Origin: Emiliania huxleyi CCMP1516
Taxonomy: Eukaryota
Direction of reading: 5' to 3'
Length of the DNA stretch: 64,000 nucleotides
Assembly: GCF_000372725.1 (NCBI RefSeq)
Contig: NW_005201412.1
Location: 62,001-126,000, forward strand
The notes below the pieces were generated by a model, which saw nothing but the letters and a program-made list of their open reading frames with translations, was not told the origin of the DNA and made no database searches. Shown here piece by piece: positions 35,640-47,129 of this stretch. Made by a program: the position numbers and the translations under genes. The stretch's first letter is position 1; each line of letters starts with the position of its first letter.

Positions 35640-37346
35640 ATGATCACTCTCTTCCTGCTCGGCACAACGACGGCCCTCGTCGGCCCTCTTCATCGGCCGC
35701 CGCTGCTCGCTTCGCCTGGCCTCGCGCCGCGCGGCTGCTGCGTGCGTGCGTGTGCTGCGCCCGCCGAGCCCTCCCTCCTCCGGCGTGGCGCTTCGCTCGG
35801 CGGCATCGTGCTCGCCGACGCTCTGCTCAAGCGCGGCTTTGTGCGGCGCGGGGTAGCTTTCCCCTCGTCCCTCGCCGGGTCGGTGATGCTCTTTGCCAGC
35901 CTCTGCTCCCTGCGTGCAATCTCGCCGCCGCTCGCGCGCGGCGTCGCCCGCGCCGCCCGTCCGGGCTGCGCCATCATCGCAAAGTGGCTGCCGCTCTTCT
36001 TCGTCCCAAACCTCGTCCTCCTCCCGCTGGTCCTGCGCCTCGGCGCGGGAGACGCCGCCCGCCTCGCGCTCCTCATCGGCGGCGGCGCCGTCCTCTCTCT
36101 CCCCGCCTGCGGCTTCGCTGCCCGCACCGCACTCGCCGCCAGCGAGTCGCTCCCCGAACGGCAGCGCCTCTCGGAGCGGCTGAATGTCGGCATGTACGAG
36201 CCGCCCGCCTCGGACCGTGTCGCGTCCGCCGCCGCCGCCGCCGCTGCCGAAGCCGCCTCTCCGGTGACCGGAGTCGGCCTCTTCGCCGACGGCGACGAGG
36301 GTGCCGACGCGAGCGAGGCGGTGGCTGCGGCGAACGCGCCGCCGCGGCCGCCGTTCGCGGCAGCGCTTCTGCCACGGCTGGCCTCGGCCGCGCTGGCGAG
36401 CGGCGCGGCGTCGGCGCTCGCTGCCCAAGGCCTCGGCGCCCCGGCCGCCGCGGAGTGGCTCCGCGACGCGTCTCTGCTGACGACGACCGCCGGCGGGTTT
36501 GTCGCCGGCTCCACCCTCGTCCCCAAGCGAGCTCAGAAGCTGCTCCACCCGCTGCTCACCTGCACGCTGTGCACGCACGCCGCCGTCGCGGCGCTCGCTC
36601 TCGCCACCGCCCAGCCCTTCTCCGTCCTCCTCCGCTCCTACCTCCTTCCCGGCGGCGCCCCGCTCGCTGCGCCGGGCAGCATCCGCCGCCGCGAAGAGGG
36701 CGACGGCGCCTCCCTCACAGTCCGATGGCGCGAACAGGCAACCTGCTGCTCGCGATGCTCGGACCGGCGACGCTCTCGTTTGGCTTCTCCATGTACGAGA
36801 AGCGCCGCCTCCTCGCCGCCTCGCTGCCAGCCGTCACCGCCGCCACCGCCGTCGCCGCCGCCGGAGGACTCTTCGGGTCGGCGGCGGCGGCGCGAGCGCT
36901 CGGGCTCGACGCGGCGCTGCGGGCGGCTGCGATCCCGAGGCAGGTGACGGCGCCGCTCGCCATTGCAATCTCCGGCTTGGTTGGCGCCGACCCGGGCATC
37001 GCTTGCACGATCGTCGTCCTCACCGGCCTTGCAGTCGCCAACTTTGGCCACAACCCGCTCGACGCTTCACGGCGGAGGTGCGAAGAGGCGCCGCTCAAGG
37101 AGGCACGTCGTGTGGGTAGGCCTCGCGCTGCTTGACGCGGTCGGCGTGACCGCGCCCGTGGCGCGCGGGCTGGCGATGGGCGCCGCGGGCCACGGCATCG
37201 GCACCGCTGCCACCGCCGCAGAGCCGGCCGCCTTCCCGTTCGCCGCGATCGCGATGGTCCTCAACGCGGTGGCGTCGACCGTGCTCGCCTCGATCCCGCC
37301 CGTCCGCAAGGCGCTGCTCTCCGCCGCCGGCCTGCCCGCCGCGTGA
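35640..37346 (+). CDS. PLGG1: LrgA/LrgB-family plastidial glycolate/glycerate translocator-like protein (spliced)
   Basis: Signal-peptide-like N-terminus. FPSSLAG, KWLPLFFVPNLVLLP, LGPATLSFGFSMY, PRQVTAPLA, ARGLAMGAAGHGIGTAA. Confidence 0.85.
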
Positions 37347-37648
37347 CGCCCTCCTGCGGTGCACGCGCCAGGCGCCGAGAGGGCGGAGGGCCGCTCCTGC
37401 GCGTCCCCTGGCCTCCCTCCGCCTCATTGTATCGTACGAGAGTAACACAGAGAGCTAGAGTCTACAGGCGGAGAGTGTGACGCAAACCGCCTCTGGTCAT
37501 GATCGACATGCGCATGTGACACATCGCGGCAGGAAGGAGTGTGTATGCATATGCCCCACCACAGTGCCAGTACGAGTGGTGCCCCACCACAGCGCCTGGA
37601 ACAGCGGCGTGAACACACGCTCGCTCGCTTGGTCCGACAAGCTCAGTG

Positions 37649-39088
37649 ATGATGCTCTCGTCCCTGGCCCGCGCCACGCGCGCGCTGCCTGTTCGGCACG
37701 CTCGCGGACTGGCGGGTCGCGTCGAGAGCGTCACTGAGATTATCGGGTCTACGCCCATGGTCAGGCTGAGGCGGGTCGTCGGCGATGCGAAAGCTAAGGA
37801 GCGTCCACACCACTGCATATCCCTCACCGCCACCGCATCGCGGCACCCGTCCTTATCCGCCACCACATCGCGACCATCGGGCGCGCCTCGTCGCAGGTGT
37901 ATCTCAAGCTCGAGATGCAGAACCCGGGCGGCTCGGTCAAGGCCTGGATCGCACTCTCGATGATCGAAGAGGCGGAGAAGCGCGGCGATATCGACCCGGC
38001 GCGCACCACCATTGTCGAGGCCACGTCTGGCAACACCGGCATCGGGCTGGCGATGGTGGCGGCCGCCAAGGGCTACAAGTGCATCATCGTGATGCCGCAG
38101 GTCCCGAGCATGTACGAGCGCTACATCCTCGTACGCAAGTTTGGGTGCGACGTGCACCTCACGTCGGTGATGCAGGACAACTTCCCGAAGACGATCGAGA
38201 ACCTGATTGGGTACTCGACCGAGCTCGTCAAGAAGAACCCCGACTACTGGACCCCCTCGCAGTTCGACTCGGAAGACAACCCGCTCGCGCACCTGACTGG
38301 CACCGGCCCGGAGATCTGGGAGCAGACCGACGGCGAGGTGGACTGCTTCGTGGCGGGCGCGGGGACGGGAGGCACGCTCAACGGGGCGGGCCAGTACCTC
38401 AAGTCGAAGAAGCCCTCGTGCCGTGTCGTCTGCGTCGAGCCCACCGAGGCGCGTGTGCTGGTCGGCGCGCCGGGAGGCATGCACGGCGTCGTCGGCATCG
38501 GGGCCAACCTGCAGCTGCCGCTCATCGAGAAGCTGGCGCCCGGCCAGGAGCCGACACAGATGACGCCATCGCCTACACCCCGTCCCCTCCTCATCTCCTT
38601 TCTCGCCCGGGCAGGAGTGGGCCGAGGGGCCGCGGGGCGCAATCGACGAGTTTGCGCACGCGTCGACGCCAGAGTCATGCGAGTGGGCCAACCGCGTCGC
38701 CGCGCAGGAGGGGTGCCGACTCACGGAGGAGGCGTGTAGGCTGGCCGGACGCTGCTCGGAGGCCTGCTTGTAGGAGGGCCTGCTGGTCGGCCCGTCGAGC
38801 GGCGCGGCGATCAAGGTTGGGGTCGACATCGCCCACCGGCCGGAGATGGCGGGCAAGACGGTCGTCGTGCTGCAGGCGAGCCGAGATGCCGCCGAGATGC
38901 TGCCGAGAGATGGCGAGACGAGCGTGGTGCTGCAGGCGTCGTCTGCGATCCGGTACGTGAGCCACCCGATGTGGGAGGGGCAGAAGGTCGAGGGCAAGGA
39001 GGCGCTCCCCATCCCGCCCGACCTCGAGACGGAGCACCCGGTCTGCCGCTGGAGGTCGGAGGACTACGTGCCGCCGCCAAAGGACTGA
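37649..39088 (+). CDS. cysK: Cysteine synthase / O-acetylserine(thiol)lyase, probably mitochondrial (spliced)
   Basis: IIGSTPMVRL, YLKLEMQNPGGSVK, IVEATSGNTGIGLA, TGPEIWEQT, GAGTGGT, EGLLVGPSSGA. Arg-rich presequence. Confidence 0.9.
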
Positions 39089-40959
39089 AGCCGCCTGTCG
39101 GCGCAGTCGAGGGGGGCGCACGCGTTTGCAGAAGGGCGCGAGGCGGCATGCGCTGCGGCGGGCCTTGCTCACATCTCCTTCCGGTGCCGCGGCATCTGAG
39201 AGTACGGTCGTAGGGGGCGGCAGTGGGAGAGGAGGGCAAATGCCAAATCGCGCGGGCGACCGCATTCGGGAGAGTACGTGTTTGCTATATTAGCCTCCCG
39301 TCGGGGCCGGACTGCGCGGTGCACCATCGATCGATCCCAGACAGGCCGAGGGCGAGACGTGGTTCACGCAGACCTCTGTGGGCTGCGTGGGGGGGCAGAG
39401 TGGGCTCTGTGACGCTGTGGGTGGGTATGCCATATGCGGCGTAGAAGAAAAGGAGCAGCAGACGGACGCCACAAGGGATTTTCAGTGTATGTAGCTCTTA
39501 CGAACATACCCGTAGGTGAACTGCTGACAGGGTTTGCGATGAGGAGCGATCCGAACGTGGTATTCGATTTTCAGGAGGAAAGTGTGCGAACTTGGCGCAG
39601 GATCCAGGAACTTGGCACATATCCTTGGTTTTTGATTTCTACCGCAGCGAATACATGTATGTTGTATGTTCACCTGAGCGGAGGCCAATTGATCCAATTG
39701 ATTCGCGAGGCTCTGGCAAAAAGTGGGTACTGCGTTGGCAACGTGCTTTTGTCCAAGCCTTCAGCTGGTGCCAAAACGTATAATTGTCCGCGACCAAATA
39801 CCTCGACCAAAATACCCTGGTACGCGGTGGGTAGAAATGGCTTGCTTGCAAGAATGGGATGCCGACAGGCGTCAGGCGGCGCATGCCGAGAAGTCGCTTG
39901 CCGTGCGGGAGCTCGTGCACCTCTCCCTGCGCGCGAAGTCCACGGGCGTCGTCGCGGAGCTTCATCTCGACACGGCACTGGTTGCTCCGAGCGGCAGCGG
40001 AGCTGATCACGAGCGACAAATTCGCGGGGATGCCCGGCAACAGATTGGCGTGGCGTCCTAAACAACGCGACCGACGAGCATGCTCAACTGCTGCGCGACC
40101 GCACTCTGCGACCCCGACTTTTGTATGCGCTTTGCCATTCGCCGCCGCATTGGCTCAGGGGGCACAGTCCGCTTGCAGTGGCTCTTCCGCACGAAGCGTT
40201 GTTGCCGCCTATAGAGGAAGTACAAAAGAGAGTAAAAGTACGTACGTACAAAAGACTGAAACCCCCAGGTTAGGGCCCTTAGGGGGTTCTCCCAGTAAGC
40301 TATAAAAGTACGTACATGTACTTGGTGCGTGCAGCCCTCCAAATTCGGATCCGGAGCGTAGCGGAGTGGGCCCCGAGTTTGAAAAAGGGCGACGGACGCT
40401 TGCGTCCTAGCTCCAACAACGCCTGCCTCCCCGGCGCAGAGGGGCCCCCGGAGGGATGCACAACCGCTCCACGCCACGCCGCTCGCGGCGGTCCTATTCC
40501 CAGCTCCGCTGAGGGCCAACACGTTATAAAAGAAAGAAAACAGACAGCGCAAGGGAGGGATGGGAGGACGGCACGCCGCCACCACACAGGGATTTTAATT
40601 AAGGAGAGAGGAGTGTAGTGCTAGCCGTCGCCCACCCTAACCCTTGGTCGTCTGCCTCTTTCTATCTCCCTTCGCAGTCTTCCCTCGCCGATTCTCGCTG
40701 CAACCTTCATGCCACCTCGCGGTCGTCCCACTCTCGTCGTTCTCCCTCCTGTCGCTTCCTCCTCTGTCGCGTCGCTCTCGTCTGCCTCGTCCTGCGCCGC
40801 CGCCGCCGCCTGCCGATCCCTTGCGCTCGCGGCTTCTCCAGCCTTTCGGCGCAACTCTGCCCTGCTCGCGGCATATTTTGGCCCCTCGAGTTTATCGAGC
40901 TCTCCGCGCGCACGTTTTTTTCTGTCCCGGAGTGAATTCTTTTTGGTCTGTGCAGAAAT

Positions 40960-42024
40960 ATGCAAGTCCTCGCTCTTTCCCTCCTCCTCTCCTGCTCAGC
41001 TTACGTGACACCGAGCCGCATTGTATGCTGTCTCCCGGCCGCCGTACCACGGGCCGCAGGTATTGTTAGCTCGCTCACGGCGTTTGAGCGCCCTTTTGGC
41101 GGCAAGGTGCTGACGCCACCTACTACAGCCGCGCAGAATGTTGCCGTCTCGCTTCGGCGCGCAAAGCCGTCAGACGCCGTAGCGATCGCCACGATATGCA
41201 CCGACTCCTTCTACGGAGAGCACGAACTCAAGGACGGTCCGATCAAATTCAGCCAGCGGGCTGCGGTATGGAGTAAGGTCTACCTCGCAGTCTCGCGCCG
41301 GCTACAATTTGAGGGGCAGCGCGAATGCCGGCTGGTGGTGGCGAGCGACGCGCGTGGCGGGCCGCTGATCGGTTGCGTCGACCTCGCGGTGCATCTCTTC
41401 AACACGCAGGCGGCTGCCCGAAGCTCGCGAGCGTTGTCTTCAAGAGAGACCCCTGCGCCCGACGCCTGTGAGGCCGACCCTGTATCGCCCAAGCCGCGTT
41501 GCCGCCTGGTGCCCCGCTCGCAGGAGCGCCGGTTCGAGCTTACACGTGACGAGATGCCGTCCGGAGGAAGGCATGCCTGGCGGTGAGACTAGCCGAGACC
41601 GAGACTTGCAGACGAGACTTGCAAACGAGACTAGCCCAGAGGCGTCTTGCGGTGGCGTCTGCTGCTGCTGCTAGAGAGGGCCAGCCGCGTGCTGTCGCCT
41701 CACAGCCACGCCCCGAGCACAGGCCGTACGTCGCCTCTCTGGCAGTGGATCGGGCCTACCGGCGGAGGGGCGTGGCGCGCTGCCTCGTCGGCGAGGCGGA
41801 GCGAGTCGCTCGCAGCTGGGGCCACGGGGAGGTGCTGCTGGAGGCGCCTTCCTAGACACTTCCTAGACACTTCCTCGACACTTCCTCGAGGCACGGGGAG
41901 GTGCTGCTGGAGGCGCCTTCCTAGACACTTCCTAGACACTTCCTAGACACTTCCTCGAGGCACGGGGAGGTGCTGCTAGAGGCGCCACCGGAGGGAGAGA
42001 GGGGGAGAGCGACCGCGCCTCTCC

Positions 42025-42113
<89 letters not shown>

Positions 42114-42484
42114 CCTCTCTGCCCCAACCCTCTGTCCCTCCCGACCCGCCTCAGGTGTCCGCGCAGAACGAGCCGGCGCTCGCCTTTTACCGGCGAGAGG
42201 GGTGCGGCGCGCAGCACAGCCGGCCGTCGGGGGCTGAAGGTCGTTCGAGGCTCGGTGTTTGAATAGGTACCGCGTGGTGCGGTCGGACGTGGCCGGCACC
42301 GGCGCGGAGGAAGTGGACACCTCCGGTTCGCGCGCCCCCTCTCCCTCTTCTGGCGCTCCCGTGCCGTGGCTCCGCTGACGCGAGTCTCGCCGCCGCAGGC
42401 TTGTGGTGGTCTTTCTATCAGATGCCGAAGTATATCCTACGCAAGCGGCTCTTCCCGGGCCGCGGCGCGCCGCGCACAGACTGA
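40960..42484 (+). CDS. GNAT N-acetyltransferase with signal/transit peptide (spliced)
   Basis: [51 protein letters not shown]. Confidence 0.85.
41823..41987 (+). repeat. Intronic compound repeat: 11-bp cctagacactt units alternating with copies of the upstream exon end
   Basis: cacggggaggtgctgct(g/a)gaggcgcc occurs three times. Confidence 0.85.
42028..42108 (+). repeat. (CT)n microsatellite in an intron
   Basis: Directly visible. Confidence 0.95.
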
Positions 42485-43145
42485 GAGGGCGGACGTCATG
42501 TCAATGTATTTCGCGCGAGTGAAATGTGTTACCGCTCTCTCCACTCATCGCGGACCACTAGAATGTGTTATGCGCCGCCCCGGCCCGGTTGTATATTTCC
42601 CTATCCTTTTAATGTGTCTAGATATTTGATATGGAGCCGTAAAACTGCTGAGAAAGTGAGATTCCAGAGAGCAGAGTCTTACAGAGGTCAGAGCCGACGC
42701 GCCCGCTTCTCCCCAGTTCCACCCCGGTCCCCCCACTGGCACTGCGCACTGGCGGGCTCTCCCCGCTGCGAGGCCTGCGACGCTAGCCCGCGCTCGAGAC
42801 AAACTGCTCACGAAAAGTCCCCGCGCCCCACGGAGAGCACACAGTCCACACAGAGACATGCTGAAGACGAGTGCACACAGACTCGCGCGCTCTCGCAGCG
42901 AGAGACGGAACGAGAGACCAGAGACCAGAGACCGAAGAGGTAATGAACGAAGTCGTCGAAAACAGCACTCCTCGCCGCGTGGACCGCGCAAAACGGCGAA
43001 GAGCGCTCCACGGCCGGCCGTGGTGTGCGGGGCGGCGGCGCTGGGCAGCGGAGCCCTTCAGATCTGTTCTCGCAAGAGACTCTCGCCGCCTCGCAACGGC
43101 TGCTGCGAGCTCCCTCTTCCCTCTCATGCCAGCTGCACCTGCACA

Positions 43146-44868
43146 TCAACGCACCGGCCGTCCTGATCCCTCACGCCCGCAACCAGCCTCACCTTCTTGC
43201 CGGCGGCAAAGGGGGCCCACTTGCGGCGGGACGGTGCGATCGGCGCCGTCGCGGGACTGCAGCGAGAGCACGTGCTGCGTCGTGGCCGCCCACAGCGCTC
43301 CCATGAAGAGCCGCGACATGCTCGGTGCGCCGCCCGGCGTTGCCGCGGCTCCTGCCACGGCGGCGAGGCGGACGCCGCCGCCGCCACCAGCGCGCCGCGC
43401 CACCAGCTGGCCGAGCTGCGGAGCCGAGAGCCGGCGGTGGGGATCCGCGCGCAGCGCCGCCCGGCCCAGCTGACGCTGCTCGGGGCGGGGCTGCGTCCTC
43501 GGCTCGTCAGAGGGCGGCTCCGCACGGCGCGAGGGGCTGTCGTCGAGGCTCAAGCCGCTGGTGTCGGCCTCCTCTCCTTCGAACCCAGCCCCAAAGTCCG
43601 CGCCCCCTCCCGCCTCGCAGCCCGCCTCAGACCCCCCGTCGTCGGCGTCCATCTCGTCGCCGGCGCCCTCGCACGGAGCACCGGAGGGCCACGCAGAGTG
43701 CCGCGAGTTGTCTTTCCAGCTCTGCCGATCGCGCGCGCGCGCCCGAAGATCGCTGTGCGTCTCCCCGCCATCCATGGACAGCATCGTGGAGAAGGACTCG
43801 CGCGCTTTGAAGTCGATCGCGCCCGGCGGAAGCTCGTACGAGAAGCCCGACTGCTGCTCAAACACCAGCCCGTGCACGCGCGACTGCCGCTTGTCGCGAC
43901 CAAAGTGCGGTGCGTCGACATTGGACTCCCAGCTCTTGCGGCGGTGAGACCTCGAGCTGGCTCCTGCACGCGCGCCCTGCGGCCCGCCGGGGCCGTCCCG
44001 CCAGTGCTCGGCCAGGATCTCGACCAGCGGCGGCGGCTCCCGCGCGTGCCACCCGAGGGTCTGCAGGTGTGCCCCGCCGGATGGCGCTGGGTCGGCGTCG
44101 GCCAGCTCGGCCGCCAGCTGGCTCTCGCTCGTGAAACGTGAGCCGCGTGGCGGCGAAACGTGAGCCGCGTGGCGGTCCGGCCTCTTCAAAGTCGTCGTCG
44201 TCGGACGAGGACAGGAGGACGAGCCCGCGCCGCGGTCGGGCCTTGTCGCGGTGGCGTTGCAGTTTGAGCCGCGGCTCGTTCTCCTCCTCGTCGGAGGATG
44301 GCGGCGCGAGGGCTTGCTCCACGCCCGGCCGAGAAGGCCCCGCTCCTAGGGCCCCGCTGCCGCGGTGTCGTCCTCAAAGGCGGCGGCGCTGCCTGGATGC
44401 GGCCCGGCCTCATCGACGTGCATCGCGTCGGGAGCAGCGCCGCCCAAGTGCGGTGAAGAGGAGGCGGCGCCCGGAAGAGGAGGGGCCGGCGGTGGCTCGC
44501 AGCTGAACGGATGCGCCTCCCCGTACTCGCCCTCGGTGGCACCGCCCCACGGCTTAGGCGCCGGAGCCAAGCTGTCCCCGGGCGACAGCTCGAGTGGCGG
44601 AAGTAGCGACCACCAGCCAAACTCGGTGAGCGCCCGGCCACGGGGGGAATCGCCTGTGGGCGCAGCTCCCGTCGGCAAGGAACGCGTCCGGGGCGAGCCA
44701 TGGCGGCCCGGGAGCCATGGAGACGGGCGCCGCCGGCACGGTCCGCCGAGCCTTGCGCGAGGACGGCTTTGGGCGAGGCTGCCACGGAGGGGCGAGCGAG
44801 CTCAGATCCACCGCGACGGGGACAGCGCCCTCCGCGCCGCCGTGCCAGCCGGCTGCGACGCGCGCCAT
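43146..44868 (-). CDS. Low-complexity hypothetical protein (spliced; structure uncertain)
   Basis: Successive minus-strand ORFs with acidic and Ser-rich segments. No domain recognised. Confidence 0.35.
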
Positions 44869-45756
44869 CGCCTCGCCGAGCCGTTGGGCGCGCGCAGACT
44901 GGCGCGGACTGGCACACACACCGGCACACACACAAAAGCTTTCCGGCGTGCGAGCCGGTCGCTGTGAGAGAGCAGAGAGAGTTGTTTCTGTGAAATTCTT
45001 TCTTCCAGAGAGGCGATGCTTTCAGAGAGGCGATGGCGACAGGTCTCACTCTCAGATGATGGGAGCAGGGAGGGGATGGCGGATGGGAGGACCCCAAGAA
45101 CAAAACGCACTCTGTCACATGACAAGCGATCCCACGACGGCGTCGGTGTGGGAATCATGAAGGGTAGAGGGGCGCGACCGCGCACCCGCGCAACTAGGCG
45201 ACACAAGGCAGGTTAGGTTAGGTAGGAAGGTGAAGAACAGTCAGGCCCGGACTGGACACCAGCGCGGTATGGGTGGACGCGAGGCAGAAGATGACGACAC
45301 GCGCGAGCGCGACACACAGACGACACACACACACACAAGACACTCAGCACAGGCACCCCACCACTGTGGTCGAGCGTAAGATGACATCTGCCGCTCGCTG
45401 GTTCTTGACCCAAAAAGAGAAAGCGGATAGCAAACCAGAACACAACACATTCTCTCACATTACAAGGGACACTCTGAGCGATACAGTGAGGAGTTCAGGC
45501 TTGGGCAAAAGATAAATAAATTCACAGGGGACAGCAGCGCGACGTTCAGACACCGCAAAAAACCCACCCGGGCCCACAGACAGACAGCTGCCAGGGCTCG
45601 GAGAACGACAGAGATCTCTCAGCTAGCGAGAGTGCGAGGAGGCCGAGGACAGGGCAACGCCGACCACGCTACAACTGTAGCGCGACACGCTCGGGCAGGC
45701 AGGCGCTCACGCCGCCGTTCACGGTCGGTCCTTTGAAAGGAAGGACGCGCCTTCAA

Positions 45757-45808
45757 GAGAGAGAGATTTTTAGCAATACCAAACAACTCTAACACGTTGT
45801 TTTGTTTT
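45757..45808 (-). mobile_element. Micro 3'-end copy of the CRE-like LINE
   Basis: Reverse complement of gtgttagagttgtttggtattgctaaaaatctctctctc. 8-bp TSD gccttcaa (45749-45756 and 45809-45816). Confidence 0.8.
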
Positions 45809-46199
45809 GCCTTCAAAGAACAAAAAAACTAGTGCGACCCTCGACACGCCTTCGCGCTGGCAGGTGGGGGCTTGAGGCAACGGATTGAGGTTCAACGACT
45901 GAACGTCGGGGCGTGGCGAGCGCGGAGCTTTGGCTCTATCGCTGCGGATAATACAGTCTCACCTCCGGAGACGGGACCCTCACGTGTACGGCGCCAGCCG
46001 GTGTAGTGGGGGCTGCGCAGCCACAGCGCAGAGGCGATGAGCTCTTGGGGGGGCAGGCGGTGCGAGGGTCGCGAGAGTGCGGCGGGCCCTAGGTAGGGTC
46101 AGCTAGTGCGCTTGCGTGTGGTTGTTGGTTGGGTGCTCTCAGAGTACTCCGCTTGCGGATCCTTGTGTTTTTGTCCTGCCCTGTGTTGTGATTGAAGAG

Positions 46200-46926
46200 C
46201 TCATCTAATGGCGATGCGCGCCCCGGCCAACGCGCCGGTCGTGCACGGCGACAAGGAGAAACCAGAGCTCACCCGGCAGTACAACGAGGGGTACAAGACC
46301 GACCTCGCAGAACCCCATGCGGGACCGGGGGGGTGCGATGAAGTGAATGAAATCATCTCTGTGCGCCCCTCCTCAAGACCTCCTCGCCGGGCGTTGGCAA
46401 CGCCTCGAGTGGCGGCACGCCCGCCTCCGTTGGCCACTCCTACGCCTTTGGCAACACCGAAGAGAAGGCCCGCCGCCTAAACATGTGGGCTGCAAGGCGC
46501 GCTGGCAGCCCGGCCAACCCTTCTCCCACAAGACCGGCCACGGCTACGTGAAGGCGCGCATCGCGGTTTCTACCACGACGCGATCTTTGTCAAGCGCAAC
46601 AACTTCAACCTGCTGCTCCACGAGACGTTCGGCGGCGGCTTCTCGCCCACCGCCGTTCTCAAGCTGCGCCGCCTCGCGCGCAAAGTCGCGCGCGGCAGCG
46701 TTGACCGCACGGCCTACTCGCCCGAGTACTCGCTCTCTTTTATGTCCCACCATGCAGAGCGCATCTCTCTCTCTGTTGTGCGAGGCGTGAACCGCGCCAT
46801 TCGCTCTCACCTGGCAACCCTGTCTGCACGTCTCGCGCGCGCGTGAACAGGGCTCCAGGCCCCAAATGACGTGTGAGTGTTAGAGTTGTTTGGTATTGTT
46901 AAGGTATTGCTAAAAATCTCTCTCTC
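46200..46926 (+). mobile_element. 5'-truncated, degenerate non-LTR retrotransposon with restriction-like endonuclease C-terminus (CRE-like)
   Basis: FNLLLHETFGGGFSPTAVLKLRRLAR...HHAERISLSVVRGVNRAI resembles the RLE end (ETFG...RLS..QRGNA). Followed by a short 3' UTR and (TC)n tail shared with two other copies. Confidence 0.68.
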
Positions 46927-47129
46927 AAAGAAAGAAGAATTTTTGAAGGTGCAACTAAACTCTCTCTCACAACACTAAACACGGGACTGAAGAAGAATTT
47001 AAGGATCCGCACGCCCTTTAGACCTATATACGAGCCGGGCGGGGGTTGCCCCTGAACTCTCAACACAGCTCGAAAGAAGAAAAATCGCCGCTCCAGCTGT
47101 CTAGGCTGTACCCCACACCACCTCTACGC

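Noticed and set aside
45211..45226. ggttaggttaggtagg as a telomeric repeat
   Set aside because: Only 2-3 imperfect units and not TTAGGG.
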